A stretch of DNA of 64,000 bases from Alphaproteobacteria bacterium (GTDB lineage Bacteria > Pseudomonadota > Alphaproteobacteria > UBA6615), in NCBI GenBank assembly GCA_965261975.1, contig CBDHEC010000051.1:96001-160000 (forward strand), in the 5' to 3' direction. The notes beneath the pieces were generated by a model that saw only the letters and a list, made by a program, of their open reading frames with translations, searched no databases and had not been told where the DNA came from. The translations under genes and the position numbers were made by a program. Positions 50,916 to 61,159 of this stretch are shown here, piece after piece. Positions within the stretch are counted from its first letter, which is position 1, and every line of letters starts with the position of its first letter.

Positions 50916-53783
50916 ATGAGTGACCAATCCGCAGGGCTTCCGCCGGACGGTTTTGATATCGCCCCGGTGACCATCGAGGACGAGATGAAGTCCTCGTACC
51001 TCGATTACGCGATGAGCGTGATCGTATCGCGCGCCTTGCCCGATGTGCGCGACGGCCTGAAACCGGTGCACAGGCGCATCCTGTACTCGATGAAAGAGTC
51101 CGGTTTCGAGTACAACCGGCCCTATCGAAAGTCGGCGCGTATCGTCGGCGAGGTCATGGGTAAATATCACCCCCATGGCGACAGCGCGATCTACGACGCC
51201 ATGGTGCGTATGGCGCAGGATTTCTCCATGCGCCTGGAACTGATCGACGGCCAGGGCAATTTCGGCTCTATGGACGGCGATCGGGCCGCGGCCATGCGTT
51301 ACACCGAAGCACGCATGTCGAAGGCCGCACATTCGCTGATCGCGGATATCGACCGGGATACCGTCGATTTCCAGCCGAACTACGATGAAAGCATCAACGA
51401 ACCGGTGGTTCTGCCGGCTCAGTACCCGAATTTGCTTGTCAACGGCGCCGGCGGCATCGCCGTGGGCATGGCGACCAACATTCCGCCCCATAACCTGGGC
51501 GAGGTGATCGACGCCTGCTGCCTGTATATCGACAACCCCGAAACAACCATCGATCAGATGCTCGAGGTGATGCACGGGCCGGATTTCCCGACCGGAGGCA
51601 TCATTCTGGGCACCAGCGGCATCCGTGCGGCCTTCCACACCGGCCGCGGGTCGGTCGTGATCAGGGCCAAGACAGCCTTTGAAGAGGTTCGCGCCGGGCG
51701 CAACGCCATCGTCGTCACCGAGATACCCTATCAGGTGAACAAGTCCCGGATGATCGAGCGCATCGCCGAGGTCGCCCAGGAAAAGATCATCGAGGGCATC
51801 TCCGACCTGCGCGACGAGAGCGATCGGGACGGGGTGCGGGTCGTCATCGAACTGAAGCGCAACGCCGAACCCGAGGTCATCCTCAATCAACTGTTCCGCT
51901 ATACCCAGCTGCAATCCTCGTTCGGCGTGAACATGCTGGCGTTGAACGGCGGCCGGCCGGAGCTCCTCAACGTCAAGGAGATCATTGCCGCGTTCGTGGC
52001 CTTCCGTGAGGAGGTCATCACCCGGCGTACGATCTATGAATTGGCCCGCGCGCGCGATCGCGCGCATACGTTGGTCGGCCTGGCCGTCGCCGTGGCCAAT
52101 CTGGACCCGGTGATCGAGCTGATCCGCGCGGCCAAGGACGCAAACGAAGCCCGCGAGCAGCTCTGCGGCAAGATGTGGCCCGCGAAGGACGTCGGACCGC
52201 TGATCACGTTGATCGACGAACCCGGGCGCGCGGTGGACGAGAAGGGCAACTACCAGCTGTCCGAAGAGCAGGCGAAAGCGATTCTGGAACTTCGCCTGCA
52301 TCGCCTGACCGGGCTCGAGCGCGACAAGATCGCCAACGACCTCGTGGAGCTGGTCGAGCAGATCAAGGAATATCTCTCCATCCTCGACGACCGCGAGAAA
52401 CTCTACGGGATCCTGCGCGACGAACTGCTGGCCATGCGCGAGGAATTCGCCGACCCGCGACGCACCGAGATCATCGAGGGCGAGTTCGAGCAGGATATCG
52501 AAGCACTCATCCAGCGTGAGGACATGGTCGTGACCGTGACCCACAATGGCTACATTCAGCGGGTCCCGCTCTCGACCTATCGGGAGCAGAAACGCGGCGG
52601 CAAGGGCCGGGCAGGCATGAAGGCCCGCGATGAGGACTTCATCAGCTCGGTCTTCGTGCTCAACACCCACACGCCGGTGTTGTTCTTCTCGTCACGTGGC
52701 ATGGTCTACAAGACGAAGGTCTACAACCTGCCCGTCGGCACGCCCCAGGGCCGCGGCAAGGCGCTGGTCAATGTGCTGCCGCTCGAGGAAGACGAGACCA
52801 TCACGACCCTGATGCCGTTGCCGGAAGACGAGTCCGAGGCCGAGAATCTGTTCGTGATGTTCGCGACCGAAAGCGGCAATGTGCGACGCAACCGCCTGTC
52901 GGATTTCGTCCAGGTAAAATCCAACGGCAAGATTGCCATGAAGCTCGACGAGGGCGATCAACTCGTCGGCGTGCAGCCTTGCGAGGATACCGATCACGTT
53001 CTGCTGGCGACCGCCAAGGCCAAGTCGATCCGCTTCGAGGCAACCGACGTACGCGTGTTTGCCGGCCGCAACTCGACGGGCGTTCGCGGTATTCGCCTGG
53101 GCCCGGACGATAACGTGATTTCGATGTCGATCCTGTCTCACGCGGAATTCTCCGTCGATGAGCGCGAGGCCTACCTCAAGCGCAGCCGCGCGGAACGGGC
53201 CGATGGCGACAGTGATGTGACTGCAGACGCACCCGCCGCCGACACAGACGACGGCGAGGCGAACGAGGCGCTCGTGCTTACCGACGAGCGTTACGCGGAG
53301 CTGGCCGCGCAGGAGCAGTTCATCCTCTCGGTGACGGCCAACGGCTTTGGCAAACGGACCTCGGCATACGAATATCGGATCACCAACCGGGGCGGACAGG
53401 GCGTGGTCAACATCACCTTGTCCGACGTCAAGGATAACGCAGTCGTCGCTTCGTTCCCGGTCGAGGAAGAAACGCAGCTCGTCATGGTCACGGACGGGGG
53501 GCAGCTCATCCGCACGGGTGTGGGCGACGTGCGTATCGCCGGTCGCTCCACACGCGGCGTGACATTGTTCCGTGTCGCCGATGATGAACGGGTTGTGACT
53601 GTCGCCCATTTGCGCGACGATGATGAGGAAGACGAGACGGATGAAAATACCGAACAAGATGCCGAAAACGGCACGGCTCGGGAGAGCGAGACGCCAGACG
53701 TAGAGACCGGCGAAGTGTCGGAGAACGACGATGCAGCCGGCAGCGACGAAACGGCGCTCGAGGATGAAAATGGCGAAGACTGA
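50916..53783 (+). CDS. gyrA: DNA gyrase subunit A
   Basis: [33 protein letters not shown] catalytic Tyr, GyrA-box QKRGGKG, acidic tail. Confidence 0.98.
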   Translation: MSDQSAGLPPDGFDIAPVTIEDEMKSSYLDYAMSVIVSRALPDVRDGLKPVHRRILYSMKESGFEYNRPYRKSARIVGEVMGKYHPHGDSAIYDAMVRMAQDFSMRLELIDGQGNFGSMDGDRAAAMRYTEARMSKAAHSLIADIDRDTVDFQPNYDESINEPVVLPAQYPNLLVNGAGGIAVGMATNIPPHNLGEVIDACCLYIDNPETTIDQMLEVMHGPDFPTGGIILGTSGIRAAFHTGRGSVVIRAKTAFEEVRAGRNAIVVTEIPYQVNKSRMIERIAEVAQEKIIEGISDLRDESDRDGVRVVIELKRNAEPEVILNQLFRYTQLQSSFGVNMLALNGGRPELLNVKEIIAAFVAFREEVITRRTIYELARARDRAHTLVGLAVAVANLDPVIELIRAAKDANEAREQLCGKMWPAKDVGPLITLIDEPGRAVDEKGNYQLSEEQAKAILELRLHRLTGLERDKIANDLVELVEQIKEYLSILDDREKLYGILRDELLAMREEFADPRRTEIIEGEFEQDIEALIQREDMVVTVTHNGYIQRVPLSTYREQKRGGKGRAGMKARDEDFISSVFVLNTHTPVLFFSSRGMVYKTKVYNLPVGTPQGRGKALVNVLPLEEDETITTLMPLPEDESEAENLFVMFATESGNVRRNRLSDFVQVKSNGKIAMKLDEGDQLVGVQPCEDTDHVLLATAKAKSIRFEATDVRVFAGRNSTGVRGIRLGPDDNVISMSILSHAEFSVDEREAYLKRSRAERADGDSDVTADAPAADTDDGEANEALVLTDERYAELAAQEQFILSVTANGFGKRTSAYEYRITNRGGQGVVNITLSDVKDNAVVASFPVEEETQLVMVTDGGQLIRTGVGDVRIAGRSTRGVTLFRVADDERVVTVAHLRDDDEEDETDENTEQDAENGTARESETPDVETGEVSENDDAAGSDETALEDENGED

Positions 53784-54300
53784 ACGCGTCGGGGTCTACC
53801 CCGGCACCTTTGACCCGACCACGAACGGGCATATGGACATCATCAAGCGGGGCGCACGGGTGCTCGACCGGTTGGTGATCGGCGTTGCCGTGAATGCCGG
53901 GAAGGGACCTCTGTTTTCGCTCGACGAGCGTGTGGAGATGGTGCGCGATGAGGTTGCCTCGATCGACGACCCGAAGATTGGCACAATCGACGTAAAGCCC
54001 TTCGATTCACTTTTGATGCAGTTTGCCGAAGCGGAGAATGCCGACTGCATCCTGCGCGGCCTGCGCGCGGTCTCGGACTTCGACTATGAATTCCAGATGG
54101 CCGGCATGAACGCCCGCCTTAATGCTGACATAGAGATTTTGTTTTTGATGGCCTCGGAACGACACCAGTTCATCGCCTCTCGCCTGGTCAAGGAGATCGC
54201 GGCACTCGGCGGTGATATCTCCAGTTTCGTTTCGCCCACCGTTGCCCGGCGTGTGAATGAACGCTTCGGGCGGCTCGACCTGCAGGCCGTCAACGAGTAA
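53770..54300 (+). CDS. coaD: Phosphopantetheine adenylyltransferase
   Basis: [33 protein letters not shown]. Confidence 0.95.
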   Translation: MAKTERVGVYPGTFDPTTNGHMDIIKRGARVLDRLVIGVAVNAGKGPLFSLDERVEMVRDEVASIDDPKIGTIDVKPFDSLLMQFAEAENADCILRGLRAVSDFDYEFQMAGMNARLNADIEILFLMASERHQFIASRLVKEIAALGGDISSFVSPTVARRVNERFGRLDLQAVNE

Positions 54301-54306
54301 ACACCC

Positions 54307-54891
54307 ATGATGAAACGTCGAATCTTTCTGGCCGCGCTGGTTGCAGCGTTCGGCTTTTTCACAACGGACGGGTTTGTGCCCCATGCGGCCCAGGCTCAAA
54401 AAAGTGCACAGGAGCGTGACTTGGAAAATACTCTCTACATCGATCTCGAAGGCGGACGCGTCACGATCGAGCTGTTGCCCGACGTCGCCCCCAATCATGT
54501 TGCGCGCATCAAGGAACTCGCCCGCGCGGGTTTCTATGACGGCATTGTCTTTCACCGCGTGATCGACGGCTTCATGGCCCAGACGGGCGACCCGACCGGC
54601 ACCGGCACGGGTGGTTCCGAGCTCCCCGACCTGGAGGCGGAGTTCTCCGACGTCAATCACGGCCGCGGTGCTGTCTCGATGGCCCGCGCGCAAAACCCGA
54701 ACAGCGCCAACAGCCAGTTTTTCATCGTCTTCGATGACGCCTCGTTCCTCGATGGCCAGTACACCGTCTGGGGACAGGTGACCGACGGCATGGAACATGT
54801 CGACGCGATAAAGCGCGGCGAGGGGTCGAGCGGCGCCGTTCAGGACCCGGACAAGATGATCAAGGTCCAGGTCGCAGCCGACGCGCAGTAA
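54307..54891 (+). CDS. Cyclophilin-type peptidyl-prolyl isomerase with a twin-arginine-like signal
   Basis: KRRIFL signal; FYDGIVFHRVIDGFMAQTGDP, SANSQFFI, LDGQYTVWG. Confidence 0.92.
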   Translation: MMKRRIFLAALVAAFGFFTTDGFVPHAAQAQKSAQERDLENTLYIDLEGGRVTIELLPDVAPNHVARIKELARAGFYDGIVFHRVIDGFMAQTGDPTGTGTGGSELPDLEAEFSDVNHGRGAVSMARAQNPNSANSQFFIVFDDASFLDGQYTVWGQVTDGMEHVDAIKRGEGSSGAVQDPDKMIKVQVAADAQ

Positions 54892-54929
54892 GGGTCGGCA
54901 AACAAGTCCGAAAACACGCGCGTCGGGCA

Positions 54930-54958
54930 TTGACCCGGCGCGTGTCGGTTTCTAAATA
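54930..54958 (+). promoter_or_regulatory. Putative sigma70 promoter of tRNA-Lys
   Basis: TTGACC-N17-TAAATA, 50 nt upstream of the tRNA, overlapping a GC hairpin after the ppi stop. Confidence 0.55.
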
Positions 54959-55008
54959 GACGCATTCCGCACCTCGCTGCCCAATTCCAATGGCCGCGTG
55001 TGCCGTGT

Positions 55009-55084
55009 GGGCACTTAGCTCAGTTGGTAGAGCATTCGACTTTTAATCGAACGGTCGTAGGTTCGAATCCTACAGTGCCCACCA
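55009..55084 (+). tRNA. tRNA-Lys(TTT)
   Basis: GGGCACTTAGCTCAGTTGGTAGAGCATTCGACTTTTAATCGAACGGTCGTAGGTTCGAATCCTACAGTGCCCACCA. Confidence 0.97.
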
Positions 55085-55184
55085 TTTTCCCATGCCAGGT
55101 CTTACTCGGGGCAGGTGCGCCGAACACGAAAATGCGGAAGCATTTTCCGTCGGGTTATGCCCTACTCAGGCTCCAGGGAACCGA

Positions 55185-55802
55185 ATGCCACGCAAAGACA
55201 AAGCAGCCCGATCAAACAAGCTGATCTGTGATTTCACGGGTGGGGCGGTGCGCCATCGGTTTCGGTTTGGCGGTGGCCGTGGCCAGGCCTTGCCCAAGGC
55301 TGTCGGGATGAAGGGCGGCAACACCCCGGCCGTGGTGGATGCCACCGCCGGTCTCGGCCGGGATGCCTTCCTGCTGGCATCGCTGGGCGCGAACGTCACG
55401 CTGATCGAACGATCTCCGGAAATGCACAACCTGTTGGCCGAAGGCATGGAACGTGCTCGAAAGGCGGGCGGTGACGTCGCTGACGTCATCACCCGCATGA
55501 CCTTGCTTCACGGGGACGCACGGGATCTGCTCGCCGGCCTCGCCCCGGAAGTGGTGCTGGTCGACCCTATGCACCCCCCGCGCAGTAAATCCGCACTCGT
55601 GAAGAATGAAATGCGCCTGATCCGCGAGATCGTTGGCACGGACGAGGATTCGGCCGACCTCATGAGTGAAGCCTTGGCCACCGCCAGCAAGCGGGTGGTG
55701 CTGAAGTGGCCGCTGCGGGCCGAGCCGATGGACGGCCTCCGGGCCCCGTCACATCAGATCAAGGGTAAATCCACCCGCTACGACGTGTACATGCTCGGCT
55801 GA
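55185..55802 (+). CDS. rsmJ: 16S rRNA m2G1516 methyltransferase RsmJ-like
   Basis: VVDATAGLGRDAFLLASLG, IERS, VDPMHP..KSALVK.EM, KRVVLKWP, TRYDVY. Confidence 0.8.
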   Translation: MPRKDKAARSNKLICDFTGGAVRHRFRFGGGRGQALPKAVGMKGGNTPAVVDATAGLGRDAFLLASLGANVTLIERSPEMHNLLAEGMERARKAGGDVADVITRMTLLHGDARDLLAGLAPEVVLVDPMHPPRSKSALVKNEMRLIREIVGTDEDSADLMSEALATASKRVVLKWPLRAEPMDGLRAPSHQIKGKSTRYDVYMLG

Positions 55803-55854
55803 CGGCGTGTTGGGTAACGCCACGCGCAGGGCCAACGGCACAATACGTATCAGG

Positions 55855-57099
55855 TTATGCAAAGGCCGGCCGCAGGTTGCGGGTGCGTAAGATCAGCCCC
55901 ACGATGATGGCGAGATTGGCCAGATTGAACCCGACACCAATGAGAAACGCGAGCTGGTAACTGCCGGTCTGATCGAAAACGTGCCCGCCGAGCCACGAGC
56001 CCAGGGCCATGCCCCCACCGGCACAAAGCAGAACGAGGCCGGTCCGCCGCCCGGCCTCGGCGGCAGGCAGGAGCTCACGCACGATCACCGGATAGCAAGG
56101 CAGAATGCCGCCGTAACCGAGGCCGAACAGCGCAGCGGCCAAGTAGACCGTCGACAGGTTGTCGACAAAGGCGAGGACGAACAGCAACGTCGCCTGGGTC
56201 GCGGAAAACAGAAAAATCGCCCGCAACCCGCCATAGCGTCCACCAAGAAACCCGACTCCGAAGAAGCTTGCCAGCGCTGAACAGCCGAGCATGACCGACA
56301 ACACCTCCGCGCCGCGTGCGGGATCGTATCCGAGGTCACTGACATGGCTGACGATATGGGCGAGGGGCAGCGACATCGCCACGCAGCATCCGATCGATGC
56401 GGTCGAAAGCAGTGCCTGGATCGTGCGCGGTGCCAGCGGTGCGCGCACGGACGCAACATCTCCGCCCCGCGAGGCGTGGTATGGACCAGAGTGTTTCGAA
56501 GCGGGAGGCCGCTGCCGCAAGATCAACGCCAGGGGCAACATCGTGCCGAGTGCGAACAGGCCATAGAGCAAAGCCGTCTGGCGCCAGCCGACGGCGGCGA
56601 TCAGATAGTGGAACACCTGCGGCCACATCAGGCCTGCCAGCCCCTGACCGGACCCGACGACACCCACGGCGAGGCTGCGATTGTGCTCGAACCAGCGCGT
56701 GATGTTTGCCGTCAGCGGCGCGAACAGGCTTGAGCGGCCAAAGAAGCCGAGCATGACCCCGTAGATGAAGAACAGCTCCCACTGGGTTTGGACGAAGCTG
56801 GTCAGGATCGCGCCAAGTCCAACCATCGTGGCCCCGATGAAGGCGGGCAGCATCATCCCGCGGCGGTCGAGCAGCCAGCCCATGAAAATACCGCCGATTC
56901 CCGCGCCGCCATATTGCAGGGCATAGGCAATCGACGGCACAGCGCGCGGCCAGGCAAACTCGGCGCTGATCTGCTTCAGGGCGACGACGATGAAATAAAT
57001 GCTGCCGGTGCCGATCAGCATGAACAGCAGCGACGCAATCAGCACGATGCTCCGTTGCCGAACCGCCGGTTGCCTCAGTGCCCCGAGAATGTCCGTCAT
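55855..57099 (-). CDS. MFS transporter (oxalate/formate antiporter-like)
   Basis: About 12 hydrophobic helices, GWLLDRRG motif A, WFEHNRSLAVG, FDQTGSY. Confidence 0.88.
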   Translation of the reverse strand: MTDILGALRQPAVRQRSIVLIASLLFMLIGTGSIYFIVVALKQISAEFAWPRAVPSIAYALQYGGAGIGGIFMGWLLDRRGMMLPAFIGATMVGLGAILTSFVQTQWELFFIYGVMLGFFGRSSLFAPLTANITRWFEHNRSLAVGVVGSGQGLAGLMWPQVFHYLIAAVGWRQTALLYGLFALGTMLPLALILRQRPPASKHSGPYHASRGGDVASVRAPLAPRTIQALLSTASIGCCVAMSLPLAHIVSHVSDLGYDPARGAEVLSVMLGCSALASFFGVGFLGGRYGGLRAIFLFSATQATLLFVLAFVDNLSTVYLAAALFGLGYGGILPCYPVIVRELLPAAEAGRRTGLVLLCAGGGMALGSWLGGHVFDQTGSYQLAFLIGVGFNLANLAIIVGLILRTRNLRPAFA

Positions 57100-57385
57100 G
57101 ATTCGTCCCCTTCAAAGACGGACAATAGCCGGTCTCTCGCCAGGGCCGGGGAACATTCGACGGGTGCCATGTTGCCTTGATGCCTTGGGCCAGGTGGTGG
57201 AATGGGGATCAGAAACACACGGAGATTTGGTGGATATCAACGAGGGGACCGCATTCAGGCACAGTCCGAAGCCGATCCTTAGCCGGCGCGTATCCGCAAG
57301 ATGAAATGAAACGTATACGCGTTGCAGTTGCCTCGCGGGGCAGTGCGGTTGCGCTTCGACGTACCACCCCGTCGAAGTGCCCTGA

Positions 57386-58393
57386 TCAGGCACTCAGCTC
57401 CTTTTCCCAGGCGACGCGCATCTCGACGAGGCGCGTGGGCGGTGACACGAGCAACGCGCGCGCGACCCTGCGCACCCGGTCCCGTTGATCATCCTCGGTG
57501 ACGTACTCGACAGGCGACTTTCCGTCCACCCGCGCCAGAAACAGCCCCGGCAGGAGGCTCGCCGTCCGAGCTTCCATCTCGTCGGGCGATTCCCAATCCA
57601 CACCGGCCAGGTAGGCGTTCGTCATCGCATCGAAGCAGTCGAGGAAGTCGGGCCTGGCTGCCGGCGTCCAAAGGCACTTCAGCAGATAATGGTTGAGGCA
57701 GAAGGCCAGATCGAATGCCGGGTCGCCGATGCAGGCACATTCCGCATCGAGAAACACCGGTCCATCGGGCCCGACCAGAATATTCTTGGGACTAACGTCG
57801 CCGTGGATCATCGCCAGGCGGGTCACATGGGTCCGATCGCTCAAGGTATGGAGTACGTCGTGCAGATCGGGGTGCGGGCCCGCAGTCGCCTCGAGATAAG
57901 GTTCGAGGCGGATGGCGTGGAAAATGTCGTTCCGCGGGAAGGTTTCCTTTAGCTCCTCGCGCCCGGCAGTACCGGCATGTATCGCCGCGAGGCGGCGGCC
58001 AACTTCCGCGGCGATTTCCGGGTCGGCACGTCCGTCGCGCAGTTCATTCTTGTAGAGCTTGAACTCCGACGGATCGAGAAACTCCATGGCGAACAGCATG
58101 GCGTCTTCGTCATGCGCTAACACTTTCGGCGCAGCTCCCGGGATGATGCCGTCCGCGATCCGATACCAGTCGACCTCGAAGCGGTTGCGCTCTACCGGGA
58201 CCTGCCACTCGACCTCGACGGCGAGCTGGGGCAGGGCGCGTTTCACACAGAAACTGCGGTCGGGTCCCGTCACCTTCCAGATATCCGACGAAATCCCGCC
58301 CGTGAGACGCTCGAAGGCGGCAGAATCGTCGATCAGATTTGCCGCACGCAGCGACGCAACAAGCTCGCCATCCGGTTGCGGGGATTCACTCAC
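57386..58393 (-). CDS. Aminoglycoside phosphotransferase / methylthioribose kinase-like kinase
   Basis: LTGGISSDIW, CVKRALP, IHGDVSPKNILV, FLDAEC...GDPAFDL. Confidence 0.85.
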   Translation of the reverse strand: MSESPQPDGELVASLRAANLIDDSAAFERLTGGISSDIWKVTGPDRSFCVKRALPQLAVEVEWQVPVERNRFEVDWYRIADGIIPGAAPKVLAHDEDAMLFAMEFLDPSEFKLYKNELRDGRADPEIAAEVGRRLAAIHAGTAGREELKETFPRNDIFHAIRLEPYLEATAGPHPDLHDVLHTLSDRTHVTRLAMIHGDVSPKNILVGPDGPVFLDAECACIGDPAFDLAFCLNHYLLKCLWTPAARPDFLDCFDAMTNAYLAGVDWESPDEMEARTASLLPGLFLARVDGKSPVEYVTEDDQRDRVRRVARALLVSPPTRLVEMRVAWEKELSA

Positions 58394-59262
58394 GCCTTGC
58401 CCTCATAGACCTCGATGACCCGTGTCGCGTCGTCTTTCGCCCAGCCGGCATCGGCGGCACGCTGGAACATGGCGCGGGCAGCGGGCACGACGGCGAGGTC
58501 AATGCCGTTGTCTTTCGCAAGGTCGATGGCGATGCCCATGTCCTTGACGAAGATCTCGACCGCCCCCCGGGCCGTGAAGTCACGTTCGGTGAGGGGGCCG
58601 ATGGACATGTCCAGCATTTTGCCCTGCACCGACCCCTTCGGCAGACAATGGGCCATCGCTGCGTGAGACAGGCCGGCGCGTTCGCCGGTGATGATAACCT
58701 CGGCCAGCAGCGCCGTGCTCGCATTGACGAACAGGTTGGTCACAACCTTCATCACCGCGCCCGTACCCGACGCACCGGTGTGGGTCGCGTCAGCCGACAG
58801 GCTGGTCAGAATGGGTTCGACACGTGCGAATCCCGCGTCGCTCCCACCGACCATGAAGGTGATCGAACGGTCATCGACCTGCGGCGTGGAGCCGGAAATC
58901 GGCGCGTCGAGCATGTCGATGCCCTGTGCGGCAAGCTTGGCGCACAAATCCTTGCTGTAGGACGGCGGCATGGTGCTCATCTCCACATGGATGAGATCGG
59001 TCTTGCCCGCCTTGTTGATGCCGTCGGGGCCGAACAGGTTTTCCTCGATATGCTCGGGCTTCAACAGAATGGAGAAGGTGATGTCACTGGCATCGGCGAC
59101 TTCACGGGCGTTCGCACAAGGCGTACCGCCTGCGGCAGCCAGCATGTCCATACGCGCGGAGTCGATGTCGTAACCAGACACGTCGTGGCCATCGGCCATC
59201 ATCTCCCGTGCCAGTGCCAGGCCCATCTTCCCCAGCCCGATCATTCCCAGCTTTTCACCCAT
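58390..59262 (-). CDS. NAD(P)-dependent beta-hydroxyacid dehydrogenase
   Basis: IGLGKMG, EMST, LDAPISG, catalytic Lys in MKVVTN, FVKDM. Confidence 0.87.
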   Translation of the reverse strand: MGEKLGMIGLGKMGLALAREMMADGHDVSGYDIDSARMDMLAAAGGTPCANAREVADASDITFSILLKPEHIEENLFGPDGINKAGKTDLIHVEMSTMPPSYSKDLCAKLAAQGIDMLDAPISGSTPQVDDRSITFMVGGSDAGFARVEPILTSLSADATHTGASGTGAVMKVVTNLFVNASTALLAEVIITGERAGLSHAAMAHCLPKGSVQGKMLDMSIGPLTERDFTARGAVEIFVKDMGIAIDLAKDNGIDLAVVPAARAMFQRAADAGWAKDDATRVIEVYEGKA

Positions 59263-59567
59263 CGTTTGCCTCTCCAAAAATCATCACCTGCGCTCGAACT
59301 CGCGACACAAATATACCGGAGATGCCTCCAACTTTAAGCATTCGGTAGCCTGCAAATTTCTGATTTCCTTGACAAATCGCTGATGTGGGCCCACATAGCG
59401 CCCATCAGTTGTCTCGCGATTGCGCGAAGCGCCGCACCTAGCCGGCGCATATCTTGAGAATAACAATCAAGAAATAGAGCCGATCCGGCCGCGCCCGGAA
59501 GCGGCAGAACGCCAAGGCGAACCTGCGTCGATCATTCGACCGGGCCTGTGGCGATAAAGGAATTCAA

Positions 59568-60836
59568 GTGAACGATATTAAGTTTACGGATCTCGGCCTG
59601 GCCGATCCGATCCTGCGGGCATTGGCTGACCGCAACCACGATACCCCGACGCCGATCCAGGCCCAGGCCATTCCCCGACTTCTCGAAGACGTCGACCTCC
59701 TGGGCGTCGCGCAGACGGGTACCGGCAAGACCGGCGCCTTCGCGCTGCCGATCCTGCATGTATTGTCGCGCGGCCACGGTGACGGAAAGCGCAGCCATCC
59801 GCGCGCGCTTGTCCTGGCACCGACCCGCGAGCTGGCTATCCAGATTGGTGACGATTTCCATGCCTATGGCAAATATCTGCATCTACGCCACGTCGTGATT
59901 TTCGGTGGTGTCTCGCAGCACGCCCAGGTCACCAAGTTGCGCCGTGGAGTCGACGTGGTCGTCGCCACACCGGGACGTTTGCTCGACCTGATGGAGCAGG
60001 GGCATGTGAACCTCAAGCATGTGGAACATCTCGTCCTCGATGAGGCCGACCGCATGCTCGACATGGGTTTTATCCGCGATGTGCGGAAAATTCTCGCCAA
60101 GCTGCCGGAAGACCGTCAGTCACTGCTGTTCTCGGCCACCATGCCGGCGGAAGTCGTGAAACTGTCTCACGACATGCTCTACGAGCCAGAGCGGATCGAT
60201 ATCGCGCCCAAGACGATCACGGTCGATGCGATCCGCCAGTCCGTGCACTTCGTCAATGCCAAGGAGAAGCAGAGTCTCTTGCGTGAACTCCTGGCCGACA
60301 AGGACATGAAGCGCGTGATTATCTTCACCCGCACCAAGCACCGGGCCAACCGGGTCTCCGACAATCTGGTGAAAGCAGGAATCCAATCTGCCGCCATTCA
60401 CGGCAACAAGTCCCAGGCCGCGCGCCAGAGGGCGCTGGATGCGTTTCGCAAGGGCCAGGTCCGGGTTCTGGTCGCCACTGACATCGCCGCCCGCGGCATC
60501 GATGTGAAGGATGTCACCCATGTGATCAACTTCGAGATGCCGGGTGACGCCGAAAGTTATGTGCACCGAATTGGCCGCACGGCGCGGGCCGGTACCCAAG
60601 GCGTGGCCCTGTCGTTCTGCGACGATACCGAGTACGGTGAACTCAAGGATATTGAGAAGCTGATCGGTCGACCCGTTGAGACCGCCAGCGGCGAACGCCC
60701 GCAGCGTGCTGCGGCGAAAGCACCCAGGGGCGGCCGTCAGGGCAAGTGGGCCGGCAACAAGGGCGGACAGGGTCGTTCGGGAGGTCAGAAAAGACGTTCC
60801 GGTCGCAACCGCCGGCCAACCCGGCGCGCGGCCTGA
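59568..60836 (+). CDS. rhlE: DEAD-box RNA helicase RhlE
   Basis: PTPIQ, AQTGTGKT, PTRELA, DEAD, SAT, HGNKSQ, HRIGRTARAG, basic C-tail; GTG start after AAGGA. Confidence 0.9.
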   Translation: MNDIKFTDLGLADPILRALADRNHDTPTPIQAQAIPRLLEDVDLLGVAQTGTGKTGAFALPILHVLSRGHGDGKRSHPRALVLAPTRELAIQIGDDFHAYGKYLHLRHVVIFGGVSQHAQVTKLRRGVDVVVATPGRLLDLMEQGHVNLKHVEHLVLDEADRMLDMGFIRDVRKILAKLPEDRQSLLFSATMPAEVVKLSHDMLYEPERIDIAPKTITVDAIRQSVHFVNAKEKQSLLRELLADKDMKRVIIFTRTKHRANRVSDNLVKAGIQSAAIHGNKSQAARQRALDAFRKGQVRVLVATDIAARGIDVKDVTHVINFEMPGDAESYVHRIGRTARAGTQGVALSFCDDTEYGELKDIEKLIGRPVETASGERPQRAAAKAPRGGRQGKWAGNKGGQGRSGGQKRRSGRNRRPTRRAA

Positions 60837-60884
60837 CCTTGATCGAACCGCACATCGTTCATTCGTTCTGAAGGAGAAATAAGC

Positions 60885-61067
60885 ATGGCACGTAAGACGA
60901 ATTACAGTTTTGAAAAACGCCAACGCGAACTCCAGAAGAAGGAGAAGAAAGCCGCCAAGGCCGAGGCCAAGCGGGCCGCACGGATTAGCCAGGGCGAACT
61001 GACGCCTGATGGCGAGGCGCCCGACGGCGCTCCTGCAGACAGCACTCCGCGCGAGCCGAGCGAATAA
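60885..61067 (+). CDS. Small basic uncharacterised protein
   Basis: AAGGAGA RBS; MARKTNYSFEKRQRELQKKEKKAAK; followed by a strong terminator. Confidence 0.75.
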   Translation: MARKTNYSFEKRQRELQKKEKKAAKAEAKRAARISQGELTPDGEAPDGAPADSTPREPSE

Positions 61068-61088
61068 CACCAACGAAACCGAAATCAG

Positions 61089-61118
61089 AAGGGCGCCCCC
61101 GGTGGGCGCCCTTTTTTT
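61089..61118 (+). terminator. Rho-independent terminator
   Basis: AAGGGCGCCC-CCGGT-GGGCGCCCTT followed by TTTTT. Confidence 0.88.
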
Positions 61119-61159
61119 CGATGCCCGGTTTTCCTGCAGCCGGGTTTTGCTGTACCAGC

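Noticed and set aside
50877-52670. 597-aa minus-strand ORF
   Set aside because: Antisense shadow of gyrA.
53140-53320. Acidic insertion in the GyrA C-terminal domain
   Set aside because: A typical alphaproteobacterial GyrA insert; no intein motifs. The quinolone-resistance region reads wild-type GDSAIYD.
57100-57385. Possible small ORF or sRNA in the kinase-MFS gap (hairpins TGCCTCGCGGGGCA and CTTCGACG...CGTCGAAG)
   Set aside because: The hairpins can be explained as the kinase 3' end structure, and the short ORFs lack motifs. Insufficient support.
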